From an uncultured Chloroflexia bacterium (GTDB taxonomy: Bacteria; Chloroflexota; UBA6077; JACCZL01), in NCBI GenBank assembly GCA_963765765.1, contig CAVXYC010000015.1:704001-768000 (forward strand): a stretch of 64,000 nucleotides of DNA, written 5' to 3'. The position numbers and the translations under genes are program-made. The notes beneath the pieces were generated by a model, which worked only from the letters and a program-made list of their open reading frames with translations, was not told where the DNA came from and did no database searches. This document shows, piece after piece, positions 10,463 through 22,371 of the stretch; position 1 is the stretch's first letter; the number at the start of each line of letters is the position of its first letter.

Positions 10463-10671
10463 GAATCCAGGCCGCCTGGCCGTGTCGAAAATACTGCTGA
10501 CGGCTCTTCAGAGCTTTCAATGTCCGCTCGCAACTTGCTCAGCCGGCCCCGCGCTGCGTCAATTGCGCCGGCCACAGCCTCGATATCAGCGTCGGAGATT
10601 GCGAAACCGGCGTAATCGGCGATCGTGCGTAGAGTCGCATGAAGTTGTTCGGGAGCATCCGGCATAGTCAT
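10459..10671 (-). CDS. Small GatC/AtzG-like amidase partner protein
   Basis: 70-aa acidic helical ORF with a GGAGG RBS, ending EEPSAVF and overlapping the amidase start by 4 nt. Confidence 0.6.
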   Translation of the reverse strand: MTMPDAPEQLHATLRTIADYAGFAISDADIEAVAGAIDAARGRLSKLRADIESSEEPSAVFSTRPGGLDS

Positions 10672-10744
10672 TGCCTCCGGCGTTGGTTCATCGCCAGCCA
10701 TTGTGCCAGCGATCGGAAAGAAGCACAATGGACGACCAACACCA

Positions 10745-11249
10745 ATGAACGAATCCACCTGGACATGTCCTATCTGCAGGCAAAAAGCAGATCAACCAGC
10801 CGCCCATATGCGTGAGGTTCACATCGGGAACCGCCCGAATGAGGATCGGCTGGGACTCAAAAAGGCATTAGATCCGCCGCCGCGCAAAGCGCGCGGGCCA
10901 TCCAGGCCGCGCTACCACGCGGGAGCCGCGAGAGCTGCCTCCGGGAGAGCCCAAGGTGGTGGTTCCCGAAGGGGGAGCTGTTCTCCGCATGTTTTGCGCT
11001 ACACCAATCGAGCGAGATTCTCTGGATCTACGCATGGCATTGATGGACCTGGCCGGTGTTCACGCGGTAGGGATCGATCTGGCCACGGGTATTGTCGATC
11101 TGGAGCTCGGGTCGGAAGTCACTGTGCCGAATCATGTACTTGGTCTTGCCTCCGCACGCTGCCGTCTGCCAGTGCTGAGCGCAGAGCTTCACGATCGAGT
11201 GAGCAGCGAAAAAGTCAGCGACGATACGCTGATTGCGATTCTGCGATAG
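10745..11249 (+). CDS. Hypothetical protein: C2H2-type zinc finger plus ferredoxin/HMA-like domain (frameshift near 10920)
   Basis: CPIC-x9-H-x4-H at the N-terminus; the second frame gives L..L.GV.AV.IDL.TG.V (HMA-like, no CxxC). Confidence 0.45.
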
Positions 11250-11270
11250 CCCAACACGTCTGAAGCTGAT

Positions 11271-11363
11271 GTAACACGGGGCCTAGGGCACTGAGCCTGG
11301 AACGCACCAATCGATTCCCGAGAGATCCAGGAACGAGGCACGTAGCACAAGGCCCCGTGCTAC
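11271..11363. repeat. REPIN/MITE-like palindromic element, family A, copy 1
   Basis: GTAACACGGGGCCTAGGGC ... GCACAAGGCCCCGTGCTAC; homologous to 58360-58444. Confidence 0.7.
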
Positions 11364-11390
11364 GTGCCTCTAATGAAGTCGGATCGACGT

Positions 11391-12349
11391 TTAGTCGGTC
11401 TGGCTCACGTCGCCCAGAAACCGAAGAGTCCGCTCAACAGAAGACGCTCGATTGTTTCCCGCGCCAACTACTGACAAAAGCACTTCATCAATTCCCGCCG
11501 CTGCGATCGTTCGCAGCCGTCGCTCCACGGCTTGCTCATCGCCAGCCAGGAGGATCGAATCTGCCATCGCAGGGCTCATCTTGCCTTCCGCGGCTTCCGG
11601 AAATCCCGCCTCGATAAACATGTTGCGATAGAAGGGCCTGCTTGGATAGTGAGCGAATTGCGCGAGCCCGGGCATCGCGTGCTTCCGTCAGATCATCGTG
11701 TACACACGCGATGGCGTGCATGACAACCTTCGCCCGCGGATGTCGCCCTGCGCGAGACGAGCCTGATTCGAGCGCGGGAATTGCCACTCGTTCAATGTGC
11801 GGCTGAGGTGAGACCCAGCTGATTCCTCCAGTCAGCGCATTCACCAGCCAGCTCGAATGCGTGCTGACGAAGCGCTGAGATCATAATGTCGAGCCGGACG
11901 GCCTCTCCCCAGTCCGCCTCAACTCGGAAGTATCTCCCTTCGTGCTTTATCGGACCTCCGCGGTGGAGTGCCGCGTCCAGCAGCTCGACATATTCGCGCA
12001 TATAGCGAAGCGGCGATTCAAATGTCAGGCCCCAGGAGCTTTCAACCGACTCCTTGTGACTCGGACCAATCCCGAGCCTGAATCGGCCAGGAGCGAGCTC
12101 CGCCACCACCTTCGCTTCCTGGGCTAGCGCCCATGGATGCCGTGGAAATATGGGGACAATAGACGTCCCGATCTTGATGCGCTCGGTTCGCAGCGCCGCC
12201 CCAACGCAGACGGCTGTTGGGTCTATTCGAACACCGCCGAGCGTCATCCAGGCCGCATCTATGCCAAGCTGCTCCGCATGAACGAATGCATCGATCGCCT
12301 CGCTCGATTCGCCCTGGGTAACCTGAATACCGATGGTCAAATTCTGCAT
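11391..12349 (-). CDS. LLM-class flavin-dependent oxidoreductase (frameshifted)
   Basis: AEQLGIDAAW, RTERIKIGTSIVP..PRHP..LAQ, GRF.LGIGPSH, MREY, G.DE spread across three frames. Confidence 0.85.
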
Positions 12350-12448
12350 GATAATCCTGTACAAGAAGCTGCGCTGGCGACGATTGTACTGAAGCCAGGC
12401 ACCTGGCATGCGTTTGTAAAACCACGTCAGGTAAGCTGGAGTAAGGAC

Positions 12449-12778
12449 ATGGACACACGAAACAGCATTGACGTTTCACTGGCTGTGCCAGTGGCCCCAG
12501 GTACTCGTCCGGCAAGTGAGTCGGACGAGCAGATTAACGTAGATGCTCTACGGCCGCGATCGGTGGTGCTACACAATGACGATGTCAATGAGATGACGCA
12601 CGTGGTGCAGTCTCTCCGTAGGTCCGTACCATCGCTCAGCACTCAGCAGGCGATCAACATCATGATGGAAGCCCACCAGAAGGGGAAAGCGGTTGTGATC
12701 CGTTGCCCGCTCGAGGAAGCTGAGCTCTACCGTGATCGCCTCGAATCGTGCGGGCTCACCGCGACGATCGAAAGCTAG
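12449..12778 (+). CDS. clpS: ATP-dependent Clp protease adaptor ClpS
   Basis: VVLHNDDVN.M.HVV..L, A..IM.EAH..G.AVV, EEAE.Y...L...GL.ATIE. Confidence 0.92.
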   Translation: MDTRNSIDVSLAVPVAPGTRPASESDEQINVDALRPRSVVLHNDDVNEMTHVVQSLRRSVPSLSTQQAINIMMEAHQKGKAVVIRCPLEEAELYRDRLESCGLTATIES

Positions 12779-12788
12779 CTCACGGGTC

Positions 12789-14015
12789 CTAAAGGATGCC
12801 CTGAGCCTTCAGCTCGTCGATCTCGGCATGTTGCAGCTGCATGAGACCGCCCCAGATCTCCGCGTTGTGCTCGCCAAACCCGGGACTGCCGCTATCGACG
12901 CGGCCGGGGGTCGTCTCGAGCTTCGGAACGACGCCCTGCATGCGAATCTCTTCGCCAATTTGCTTGTCTAGCACCGAAACGATCATGTCGCGAGCGGCGT
13001 AGTGTGGATCCGTGGCAATGTCTGCGGCGGTGAAAATCCGATTTGCGGGAATGCCGGCGCCATCAAGCTTTGCCAGGAGTGCCTCAACATCGAGCGTGGC
13101 TGTCCATGCTGAGATCAGGTTATCCAGGAGCTCCTGGTGTTGACCCCGTGCCACGTGAGAGTGAAATCTCTCATCCGTCTTCCAGGCCGGCTGACCCATA
13201 AGATCGCACAGGCGTCCGAACACCAGGTCCTGGTTCGCGCCCATGACGATCCATTCGCCGCCTCGGGTGGGATACACATTCGACGGGGCAATCCCTGGGA
13301 GCACTGGACCCACTGGCTGCCGCACTCGACCGAGCTTTTCGAACTCTGGCAGGATGTCCTCGAGCTGGGTCCAGATTGCCTCGTACATGCCCACGTCGAC
13401 TAACTGACCTCTACCCGTGCCACCGGCAGCGTCTCGCGCGTAGAGTGCCAGCATGGCTCCAATGACGCCGAACGTGCCAGCTAACGTGTCGCCCAGGGCT
13501 ACTCCGCTACGAACCGGACGTCGACCCGGTTCGCCGGTGAGGAAGCGAAGCCCGCTCACGGCCTCCCCGATGGCGCCGAAACCGGCTTTGTCTCTATATG
13601 GCCCCGTCTGCCCGTAGCCCGTTACCCGGACCATCACCAGGCGCGGGTTGACTTCCTGGAGCACGTCCCAGCCCAGCCCCCATTCCTCGAGCGTGCCTGG
13701 CCGGAAGTTCTCCACCAGCACATCGCTGCGGCGAATGAGGTCCTTGAACAGCTCCTGGCCTCTCGGTACGCGGAGATTGAGCGTGGCAGCTTTCTTACCG
13801 CGTGCAAGAATTGGCCAGTAGAGCCCGACGCCTTTGTACAAGGCGCCCCAAGTACGTATTGGATCGGGGCGGTCCGGTGCCTCGAGCTTGATGACCTCCG
13901 CGCCGAAATCGGCGAGCAGGTGGCCGGTGAATGGGCCCGCGATCATCTGTCCCGCTTCTATTACCCGTACACGATCGAGCGGGCGCTTCGCTGGCTGCTT
14001 GGTTGAATCTGGCAT
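12789..14015 (-). CDS. CaiB/BaiF family class III CoA-transferase
   Basis: PL..VRVIE.GQMIAGPF...LLADFGAEVIK.E, DVLVENFRPGT, TGYGQTGPY, APSNVYPT. Confidence 0.92.
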   Translation of the reverse strand: MPDSTKQPAKRPLDRVRVIEAGQMIAGPFTGHLLADFGAEVIKLEAPDRPDPIRTWGALYKGVGLYWPILARGKKAATLNLRVPRGQELFKDLIRRSDVLVENFRPGTLEEWGLGWDVLQEVNPRLVMVRVTGYGQTGPYRDKAGFGAIGEAVSGLRFLTGEPGRRPVRSGVALGDTLAGTFGVIGAMLALYARDAAGGTGRGQLVDVGMYEAIWTQLEDILPEFEKLGRVRQPVGPVLPGIAPSNVYPTRGGEWIVMGANQDLVFGRLCDLMGQPAWKTDERFHSHVARGQHQELLDNLISAWTATLDVEALLAKLDGAGIPANRIFTAADIATDPHYAARDMIVSVLDKQIGEEIRMQGVVPKLETTPGRVDSGSPGFGEHNAEIWGGLMQLQHAEIDELKAQGIL

Positions 14016-14170
14016 GAGTGTGAACGGGCCGATGCTATCAGGTACAGCCCCGGTGAGGCGAAGCGCGTTAGGGTGCGGCGAGGATCGCCGCTTTCTCGGC
14101 ATCCCATTCGGAGCCGAGGAGAACTAGAGTGCGGCGAGGCTTGTCGCATTCTAGAGCGCTTCACGCTACT

Positions 14171-15304
14171 CTAGCCCCAGATTCGCCGTGCAGCCTCAAC
14201 GACGAGCTCCAGCTTGCGGCGCTGTTCGTCCCAGGTGAGCAGATTGCCCGGGGCGGTGGAGGCGAAGCCGCACTGTGGTGAGATCGCCAGTCGCTCCAGC
14301 GGTACGTAGCGGGTTGCCTCATCCACTCGACGCTTGAGAAGGTCAATTGATTCCAGCGCCGGCTCCTTGGAGCTGATCAACCCCAACACAACCATCTTGT
14401 CCTCAGGTACGAAACGGAGTGGCTCGAAGCCGCCGGCGCGATCCGTGTCGTATTCCAGAAGGAAGCGATCCACATTGAGGCGGTTGAAGGCCTTCTCAGC
14501 GATGGGCTCGTAGCTGCCCTCTGCGTGCCAGGCGCTCCGATTGTTGCCGCGGCACATATGGAGGCCGACGGTCACTCGCGACCGATCGACAGCATCGAGC
14601 ACGCGATTATCGGTGTCGATCAGCGCGTCGAGGTAGGCATCGGGATCTTCTCCCGCGGCGACCATCTGGGCCCTGATTGTGGGATACGCGATGCGCTCGA
14701 CGTAATGAAGCGAATCGAGCTGAATGTAAGCGACACCTTCATTCTGGAGCGCGCGGATCTCATCCTGTTCGACGGTCGCGACATCATCAGCCAGGGCGTG
14801 GACGGATGGATAAACTTGATCCGTGATGCCGGGTGTGAAGATCTGGCCTGCTACGGACAGTGGTCCCGGCATGGTGATTTTCCACGGTCCCAGGGCGTGG
14901 GTGCTCAGGAACGCTGCATCTCGCTCCGTAAGCCGATGCCTGAGCTTGAGCTTGGCCCCAAGCGCCACCGATCGATTAGCAGCCATTGTCTGGGTGGCGA
15001 GCTCGCCATGGGGTCCTTGCCATGCTGCCAGGATCCGGCGAATAGGGTTCTCGCCAACGGGGACCATCCCTTCGGCCGTATCGCGAATGGCCATGCTCCA
15101 GCCGGATCGTCGGTACTCACCATCGCTGAGGATGGATATTCCGACCTCCCGTTGCATTTCAAGAGCACGGTTGATCGATGCGTCTTCGATCTCATGAAGC
15201 TGGGTCTCGGAGATCCGTCCTTCGGTGGAGTCCGTCCGAGCTTGTAACAGCTCAGGTGGGCGAAGCAGGCTGCCAACGTGATCGGACCGAAAAGTCTCTG
15301 GCAT
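14171..15304 (-). CDS. Cobalamin-independent methionine synthase II family protein (single-barrel MetE-like)
   Basis: DHVGSLLRP, DGEYRR, HMCRGN, LEYD..RAGGFEPL, SPQCGFAS zinc ligands. Confidence 0.9.
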   Translation of the reverse strand: MPETFRSDHVGSLLRPPELLQARTDSTEGRISETQLHEIEDASINRALEMQREVGISILSDGEYRRSGWSMAIRDTAEGMVPVGENPIRRILAAWQGPHGELATQTMAANRSVALGAKLKLRHRLTERDAAFLSTHALGPWKITMPGPLSVAGQIFTPGITDQVYPSVHALADDVATVEQDEIRALQNEGVAYIQLDSLHYVERIAYPTIRAQMVAAGEDPDAYLDALIDTDNRVLDAVDRSRVTVGLHMCRGNNRSAWHAEGSYEPIAEKAFNRLNVDRFLLEYDTDRAGGFEPLRFVPEDKMVVLGLISSKEPALESIDLLKRRVDEATRYVPLERLAISPQCGFASTAPGNLLTWDEQRRKLELVVEAARRIWG

Positions 15305-15445
15305 GGACGACTCCTATCTGCCTCGAGTGTCTGCGATTCCTGACTCTAGCTACGTTGATTTGGAGATGGGTGTGTGAAGTACCGTTCTCGATTCTAGCGG
15401 ACGAGTTTCGTGGCGATCTCAGCCATCAGGACATTCCGGGCCGTA

Positions 15446-15480
15446 AAAGAAAGAAGCCCCGAGTCGAATCTCGGGGCTTC
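15446..15480 (-). terminator. Rho-independent terminator of groESL
   Basis: GAAGCCCCGAG-N6-CTCGGGGCTTC with an A-rich flank on the + strand (U-tract on the - strand). Confidence 0.8.
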
Positions 15481-15503
15481 AGAAGCGATTGAGATCGCTT
15501 CGG

Positions 15504-17171
<1,668 letters not shown>

Positions 17172-17471
17172 TTAGTCTTGAAGAATTGCGAGAATATCGC
17201 GCTCATTGAGAATGAGCAGATCTGCGTCTTCCATCTTGAACTCAGTGCCGGAATACTTGGCGAAAATGATTTTGTCGCCGACGGTCACATCGAGCGAGAC
17301 GCGATCACCACTGTCGAGCATGCGGCCTGGACCCACTGCCACCACTTCGCCCTGTTGGGGCTTTTCCTTGGCGGTGTCCGGCAGCACGATTCCGCTCTTG
17401 GTCACTTCGTCTCGATCTAGCGGCTTCACCACCACGCGGTCGCCAAGTGGTTTGAGGCCGAGATTTGCCAT
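17172..17471 (-). CDS. groS: Co-chaperonin GroES
   Basis: [37 protein letters not shown]. Confidence 0.98.
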   Translation of the reverse strand: MANLGLKPLGDRVVVKPLDRDEVTKSGIVLPDTAKEKPQQGEVVAVGPGRMLDSGDRVSLDVTVGDKIIFAKYSGTEFKMEDADLLILNERDILAILQD

Positions 17472-17531
17472 ATGCGGTCCTCCTGAAAAATGGACGGAGG
17501 CGCGCACAAACAGGCTCCTCCGCGAACTATC

Positions 17532-17558
17532 TTAGCAGTCGCCCTCGTCGACTGCTAA
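17532..17558. promoter_or_regulatory. CIRCE element (HrcA operator)
   Basis: TTAGCAGTC-N9-GACTGCTAA upstream of groES; the consensus is TTAGCACTC-N9-GAGTGCTAA. Confidence 0.9.
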
Positions 17559-17590
17559 GGGGATTTAGGCCACCCGGCGTAAGAGTTGTA

Positions 17591-18665
17591 TTAGAAGTAA
17601 TGAGAGTCTGCGCTAAAGCAGTCGCGACTCAGGAAAAGGGCCCAACTAGGCCGCGCGACGTGCCGAACGGAAGGACTATCAATCGGCCAGCTCGGCGTCG
17701 CGTCGATCGTCAACGGCGCAAAGTCTCCCGCTTGATAATGAAAATGGGCCGCCGCGGCGATCATGGCGCCGTTGTCGGTGCATAGTGAAATTGGCGGGAT
17801 GAGGACCGGAACGGGACTCAGCTCTTGCACTCGATGTCGAAGCGGTCCATTCGCGGCAACACCACCAGCGAGAGCGATCTGCTGAGCTCCATGCTCGCGC
17901 GCGGCATTGACCGTCTTCGTCGTTAAGACATCAACAAGGCTTTCCTGAAATGCCGCCGCGAGGTCGGCGACGGGAATGTCAGCGTCTCTGTTGCTCGACA
18001 ATGCGAAGCAACGCCGTTTTCACACCGCTGAAGCTAAAGTCGTAAGAATCGCGAAGCCAAGCGCGGGGGATTGGAAAGCGCTTCGCATTGCCCGATTCTG
18101 CCGCGCGTTGAATCAGCGGTCCGCCAGGGAATCCTAGGCCCAGCATGCGCGCCGCCTTATCGAACGCTTCACCGGCGGCGTCGTCGCGCGTCCGGCCGAG
18201 CCGCTGATACTGACCGTGATCAGTCATGAGAACAAGGTCGCTATGTCCGCCTGAGACAATGAGACATACAAGTGGAAAGCGAGGCTCGGCCTGCTCCACA
18301 AGCCAGTTCGCGTAAACGTGGCCCTCGAGGTGGTTCACCGCTATGAGCGGTAACTGGCGGGCGAAGCTCACGGCCTTGGCCGCGTTGACGCCGATGAGCA
18401 GTGCCCCGGCGAGACCCGGACCACGCGTGACGGCGACTGCGTCCAGATCCGGCCATTCAACGCCTGCTGTACTCATTGCGGAATCGATCACCGGCACCAT
18501 CACGGCAAGGTGAGCCCGGGAGGCGGCTTCTGGAACCACTCCACCGTACTTGGCGTGCATCTCTGTCTGCGTCGCAATGATGTTCGAGCGGAGAGTGCGC
18601 CCGTCTTCAACAACCGCGACGGCTGTCTCGTCGCACGATGTTTCGATGCCCAGAATTCGAGTCAC
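17591..18665 (-). CDS. tsaD: tRNA N6-threonylcarbamoyltransferase TsaD (frameshift near 17995; 3' end uncertain)
   Basis: [62 protein letters not shown]. Confidence 0.95.
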
Positions 18666-18773
18666 AACCGGAGTATAGCGTCCGGTTTCTCACGCACCTC
18701 GTGGCCAGCTGTTGCTACGTTCAGATACCTTCCGCAATACTGCCACCCTCGCCCTATTTGACCCGGAGGCTCA

Positions 18774-19565
18774 ATGTCAGACCAGGCGGACATACTGGTG
18801 CAGCGCCGCGGAGCGATAGCCACAATCGTGCTGCACCATCCGCGACGCCGTAACGCGATGACCGTCTCCATGTGGGATCGACTGGCAGGGGTTTCGCGCG
18901 AGCTCAATGAAGATCCCGCTGTCTCTGTGATCGTGCTCCGTGGCTCCGGTACGGATGCGTTCAGTGCCGGGGCCGATATTTCGGAATTCGAAGAGCATCG
19001 CTCGTCCCCAGAGAAGGCGCTGGCATACAGCGCGCGCGTTCACCTCGCGCTGGAGGGCCTGGTCAACTCCCCGAAACCTACAATCGCCATGGTGTACGGC
19101 TATTGCGTTGGTGGCGGATGCGAGATCGCGATCGCCATGGATATGCGCTTCGTCGCCGAGGGAGCCACGTTCGGAATCCCGGCCGCGAGGTTGGGAATAA
19201 GCATCACATACGAAGACATCAAGCGTCTGGTCGATCTCGTGGGGCCCGCGAATGCGAGCGAGATCCTTTATACGGGGCGACGGGTCTCAGCAGTGCGAGC
19301 ATTACAGATGGGGATGATCAATCAGGTAGTTCCCGCGGATGAGCTGGAGCAGCTGGTCAGCGAGATTGCGGAAGAGATCGCTAGCGCGGCTCCCACCTCC
19401 GTTCATTGGTCCAAGCAGGGCATCAAGCACGTTCTCCGCGATCCCTCGCTAGCGACCGCTCCTGATCGAGAGTCGCAGGCGGCGCAAGCGTTCGGGACGG
19501 ATGACTTCATCGAGGGCGTGCGAGCATTCATGGAAAAGCGCCCACCGCGTTTCACCAGAACGTGA
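18774..19565 (+). CDS. Enoyl-CoA hydratase/isomerase family protein
   Basis: RNAM, FSAGADI, KPTIAMV.G.CVGGG.EIA, DF.EG.RAF.EKRPP.F. Confidence 0.92.
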   Translation: MSDQADILVQRRGAIATIVLHHPRRRNAMTVSMWDRLAGVSRELNEDPAVSVIVLRGSGTDAFSAGADISEFEEHRSSPEKALAYSARVHLALEGLVNSPKPTIAMVYGYCVGGGCEIAIAMDMRFVAEGATFGIPAARLGISITYEDIKRLVDLVGPANASEILYTGRRVSAVRALQMGMINQVVPADELEQLVSEIAEEIASAAPTSVHWSKQGIKHVLRDPSLATAPDRESQAAQAFGTDDFIEGVRAFMEKRPPRFTRT

Positions 19566-19756
19566 AGAAGGACCCATCAGAATTCACGTTCTTGGAAGGG
19601 ACATCGCAGAAGGCCGAAATCGCCTGTGGAGGTTCGACCTGGTGCCTACGGCTGCCTATATGCTCTCCGAGCCTGAGCTGTGGGTGCCGCGTCCCGTCAG
19701 TGATTCACGCGGAAAATGGCACCACGTTGTATTCATCGCTCCCGGTCGGAAGCTGA

Positions 19757-21283
19757 TCAGCCGGGATCGATGCCCGGAATGCTTGCTGGGTCCGCGGGGA
19801 GATCTTCCTCACCAAATACACCAAGCGGCGGGATCGGCGCTCCGATGCGAGCCGATTCGGGGATTTCGCCCGGGAACAGTTTGCCCGGGTTCATAAGGCC
19901 TTTTGGATCCAGCGCATGTTTGATGGACTTCATGACGCCCATGGCGGGACCGTGCTCCATATCCATATACGGCGCGCGGGCCAATCCCACCCCATGCTCG
20001 CCAGTAACCGTGCCGCCCTGCCTTAATGCAAGCTCGTGGAATTCGTTGGCGCACGCCTGTACTCGCCGTATCTCTTCTTCGCTGAAGGGATTGATCAAGA
20101 GCGCCGGGTGGATGCCGCCACCGCCGATGTGGCCATACGTAGCCACGGGCAGCTCGTACTTCCTGGCGATATTGGCAATCTCGCGCAGTGTCTCCGGCAC
20201 TTTGACACTGGGTACACATATGTCCTCACCGATGTACGCCCTAAACGAGTTGGGACGCAGCATGCCGGCCGCGGCGCCAACAACGCTTCGTGCTTCCCAC
20301 AATGTATTGATGCGCTTGGGATCGTCGGCCCACTCTGTTGCCGTGGCTAGGTGGGCCACAGCATCGCAGATATCCTGCGCGTCTTTGACAACCGCGTCAT
20401 GGTTGCCGTCGACCTCGAAAAGCAACATCGCTTCGACCTCGGGCAGATTCATCCCTGGTCGGTAGAGGTTCACCGCACGAAGCGTGTTCTGATCGAGAAT
20501 CTCTGTGGCGGCCGGCATGATACCTGCCTGAAATGTAGCCACCACCGCCTCACCGGCATTCTCGAGACGATCGAAGAGTGCCAGCACGATCGCGCGTGAC
20601 TTCGGCAGTGGCATGATCTTAAGCCGCAGTTTGGTGATGATTCCCAGAAGCCCTTCGGCGCCCACAAAGAGCTTGGTGAGCTCCATGCCAGACGACGATT
20701 GTCGCGCCTTGGAGTTCATGGACCCAGTTGTAATCGTCTCCCCGGTCGGGAGCACTACATCCAGCCCTAGCACCCAGTGCGATGTAGGCCCGTACTTCAT
20801 TGCGCGCATGCCATGGGCATTGGTGGAAGCCATCCCTCCAACCGTGCACATGCGGGCGGATCCCGGGTCGGGCGGGAAGCTCAGCTTCTGCTTCGCGAGC
20901 TCAGCTTGAAGTCGCGAGCAGATGACGCCGGGCTCGGTCATGACCTGAAGATTGGGGCCGTCGATCTCCAGAATGCTGTTCATCGCGTTCATTGCGATGA
21001 CAATACCTCCGTGGACCGGAATAACCCCGCCCATCTGTCCCGATGCCGCGCCGCGAGCCGTAACCGGAATATCGTTCTCGTAGGCATATTTCACCGTTCG
21101 AGCGACATCCTCGGCGCATCGCGCAACCACCGCGACATCAGGAGATTTCGCGTGGAGGTGCGAATAAAATGAGGCGTCATAGGAGAAGTTCAGGAGCTCC
21201 GATTTCGCCTCGAACACCTGACTCTTTTCAAGCTGCGCACGTAGGTCCTGAGCAACTCGACTGGCATCGATAGTTGTGTTCAT
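19757..21283 (-). CDS. FAD-linked oxidase, GlcD/D-lactate dehydrogenase family
   Basis: RGAASG..GG, FPPDPGS...CTVGG...TNA.G...KYG, GAEG.LG.IT, GHIG.G..H, TGEHGVG, DP...MNPGK. Confidence 0.9.
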   Translation of the reverse strand: MNTTIDASRVAQDLRAQLEKSQVFEAKSELLNFSYDASFYSHLHAKSPDVAVVARCAEDVARTVKYAYENDIPVTARGAASGQMGGVIPVHGGIVIAMNAMNSILEIDGPNLQVMTEPGVICSRLQAELAKQKLSFPPDPGSARMCTVGGMASTNAHGMRAMKYGPTSHWVLGLDVVLPTGETITTGSMNSKARQSSSGMELTKLFVGAEGLLGIITKLRLKIMPLPKSRAIVLALFDRLENAGEAVVATFQAGIMPAATEILDQNTLRAVNLYRPGMNLPEVEAMLLFEVDGNHDAVVKDAQDICDAVAHLATATEWADDPKRINTLWEARSVVGAAAGMLRPNSFRAYIGEDICVPSVKVPETLREIANIARKYELPVATYGHIGGGGIHPALLINPFSEEEIRRVQACANEFHELALRQGGTVTGEHGVGLARAPYMDMEHGPAMGVMKSIKHALDPKGLMNPGKLFPGEIPESARIGAPIPPLGVFGEEDLPADPASIPGIDPG

Positions 21284-21417
21284 AAAGCTAAGGATACGGC
21301 CGATCATCGTAAGTGAGCCAAGCGCGCTCATAGCTCGTTTTCAAAGTGATGAATGCTGTGGATAGAACTCTTAATCGGGAGACGAAGACCATGGGCGGCT
21401 GGGGCTGGGGAAAATCG

Positions 21418-22353
21418 ATGCGCGGATTGACGGTCTGGACCGTTATGGCAGTTATCGCGAGTGCACTGAGCCTTCAGTTTGCGGTTCCCACCGCTCTGGC
21501 GCTCGATGCTGGCGCCTGGTTGCAAAACCACCGCGTGACAACGCTCTGGTCTGCGCCGGAGGAAGACGCCGAGGCCTACGGTACCCTGCGCCAGTTCAGC
21601 TACGTTCAGTCCGCCCGAAGTCCCGAGGGCGAACGGGTGTACGTATTCAACCCGCGCACCCAAAACTTCGCATACGTGGATCTCAAAGACTTTGGCCCCA
21701 GCGATGCGCCGCCGGCGAACTACTTTTCGCAGCCCTCAGAAAAGAAGGTTCTCAACATCCCCGCGCGCGTCGCGGGGCGAAGTCTCCTTCATGATGAGCC
21801 AAGCCAGGCAGAGGGGACGCCTACCTGGCCGCTGGACAACAACCACGCTGTCACCTTAGACGCTGAGGTCGTTGGGGACGACGGAGCTTCCTGGTATCGG
21901 CTGGAAGAGGGTGGCTATCTTAAAGAAGAAGATGTACGTGTCCCACGTGCCGTGAATCAGCGCCCCGGTAAATGGATCGATGCCGATCTTCGCCAGCCGG
22001 CACTTGTCACCGCCTATCAAAACGGAAAACCCGTCTACACCGCCATGGCGATTACGGGAACAGCTACGTGGCCCACGCCGGTCGGTGAATACGTCATCGG
22101 GCGACGCGTGGCGAATGAAACGATGAGCAGCGATACCATCGGCATCCCACGCAACAGTCCTGGCGGCTACCATCTAACAAATGTGCTCTTCACCCAGTAC
22201 TTCACCGGGTCTGGCCACTCGATTCATTACAACTATTGGGCAGGAAACTTCGGCTACTCGGGAAGTCACGGTTGTCTGGGGATGAACCTAGAGGACTCGC
22301 AATTCTTCTGGAATTGGGCCACGGTAGGTACGCCCCTGTCCATTCATTACTAG
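21418..22353 (+). CDS. Exported L,D-transpeptidase (YkuD domain)
   Basis: N-terminal signal-like segment; TG....TP.G.Y, H...W..NFG..GSHGC, W...GT..I; start uncertain (21346-21418). Confidence 0.85.
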   Translation: MRGLTVWTVMAVIASALSLQFAVPTALALDAGAWLQNHRVTTLWSAPEEDAEAYGTLRQFSYVQSARSPEGERVYVFNPRTQNFAYVDLKDFGPSDAPPANYFSQPSEKKVLNIPARVAGRSLLHDEPSQAEGTPTWPLDNNHAVTLDAEVVGDDGASWYRLEEGGYLKEEDVRVPRAVNQRPGKWIDADLRQPALVTAYQNGKPVYTAMAITGTATWPTPVGEYVIGRRVANETMSSDTIGIPRNSPGGYHLTNVLFTQYFTGSGHSIHYNYWAGNFGYSGSHGCLGMNLEDSQFFWNWATVGTPLSIHY

Positions 22354-22371
22354 TCGCGAGTGGAGGTGTCC

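Noticed and set aside
8953-10671. gatCA of the Glu-tRNA amidotransferase
   Set aside because: No gatB is adjacent, the context is catabolic, and GatA-specific motifs (e.g. SSLDQ, EV.RRI) are absent.
15305-15445. SAM or cobalamin riboswitch upstream of the MetE-like gene
   Set aside because: No recognisable consensus on the minus strand.
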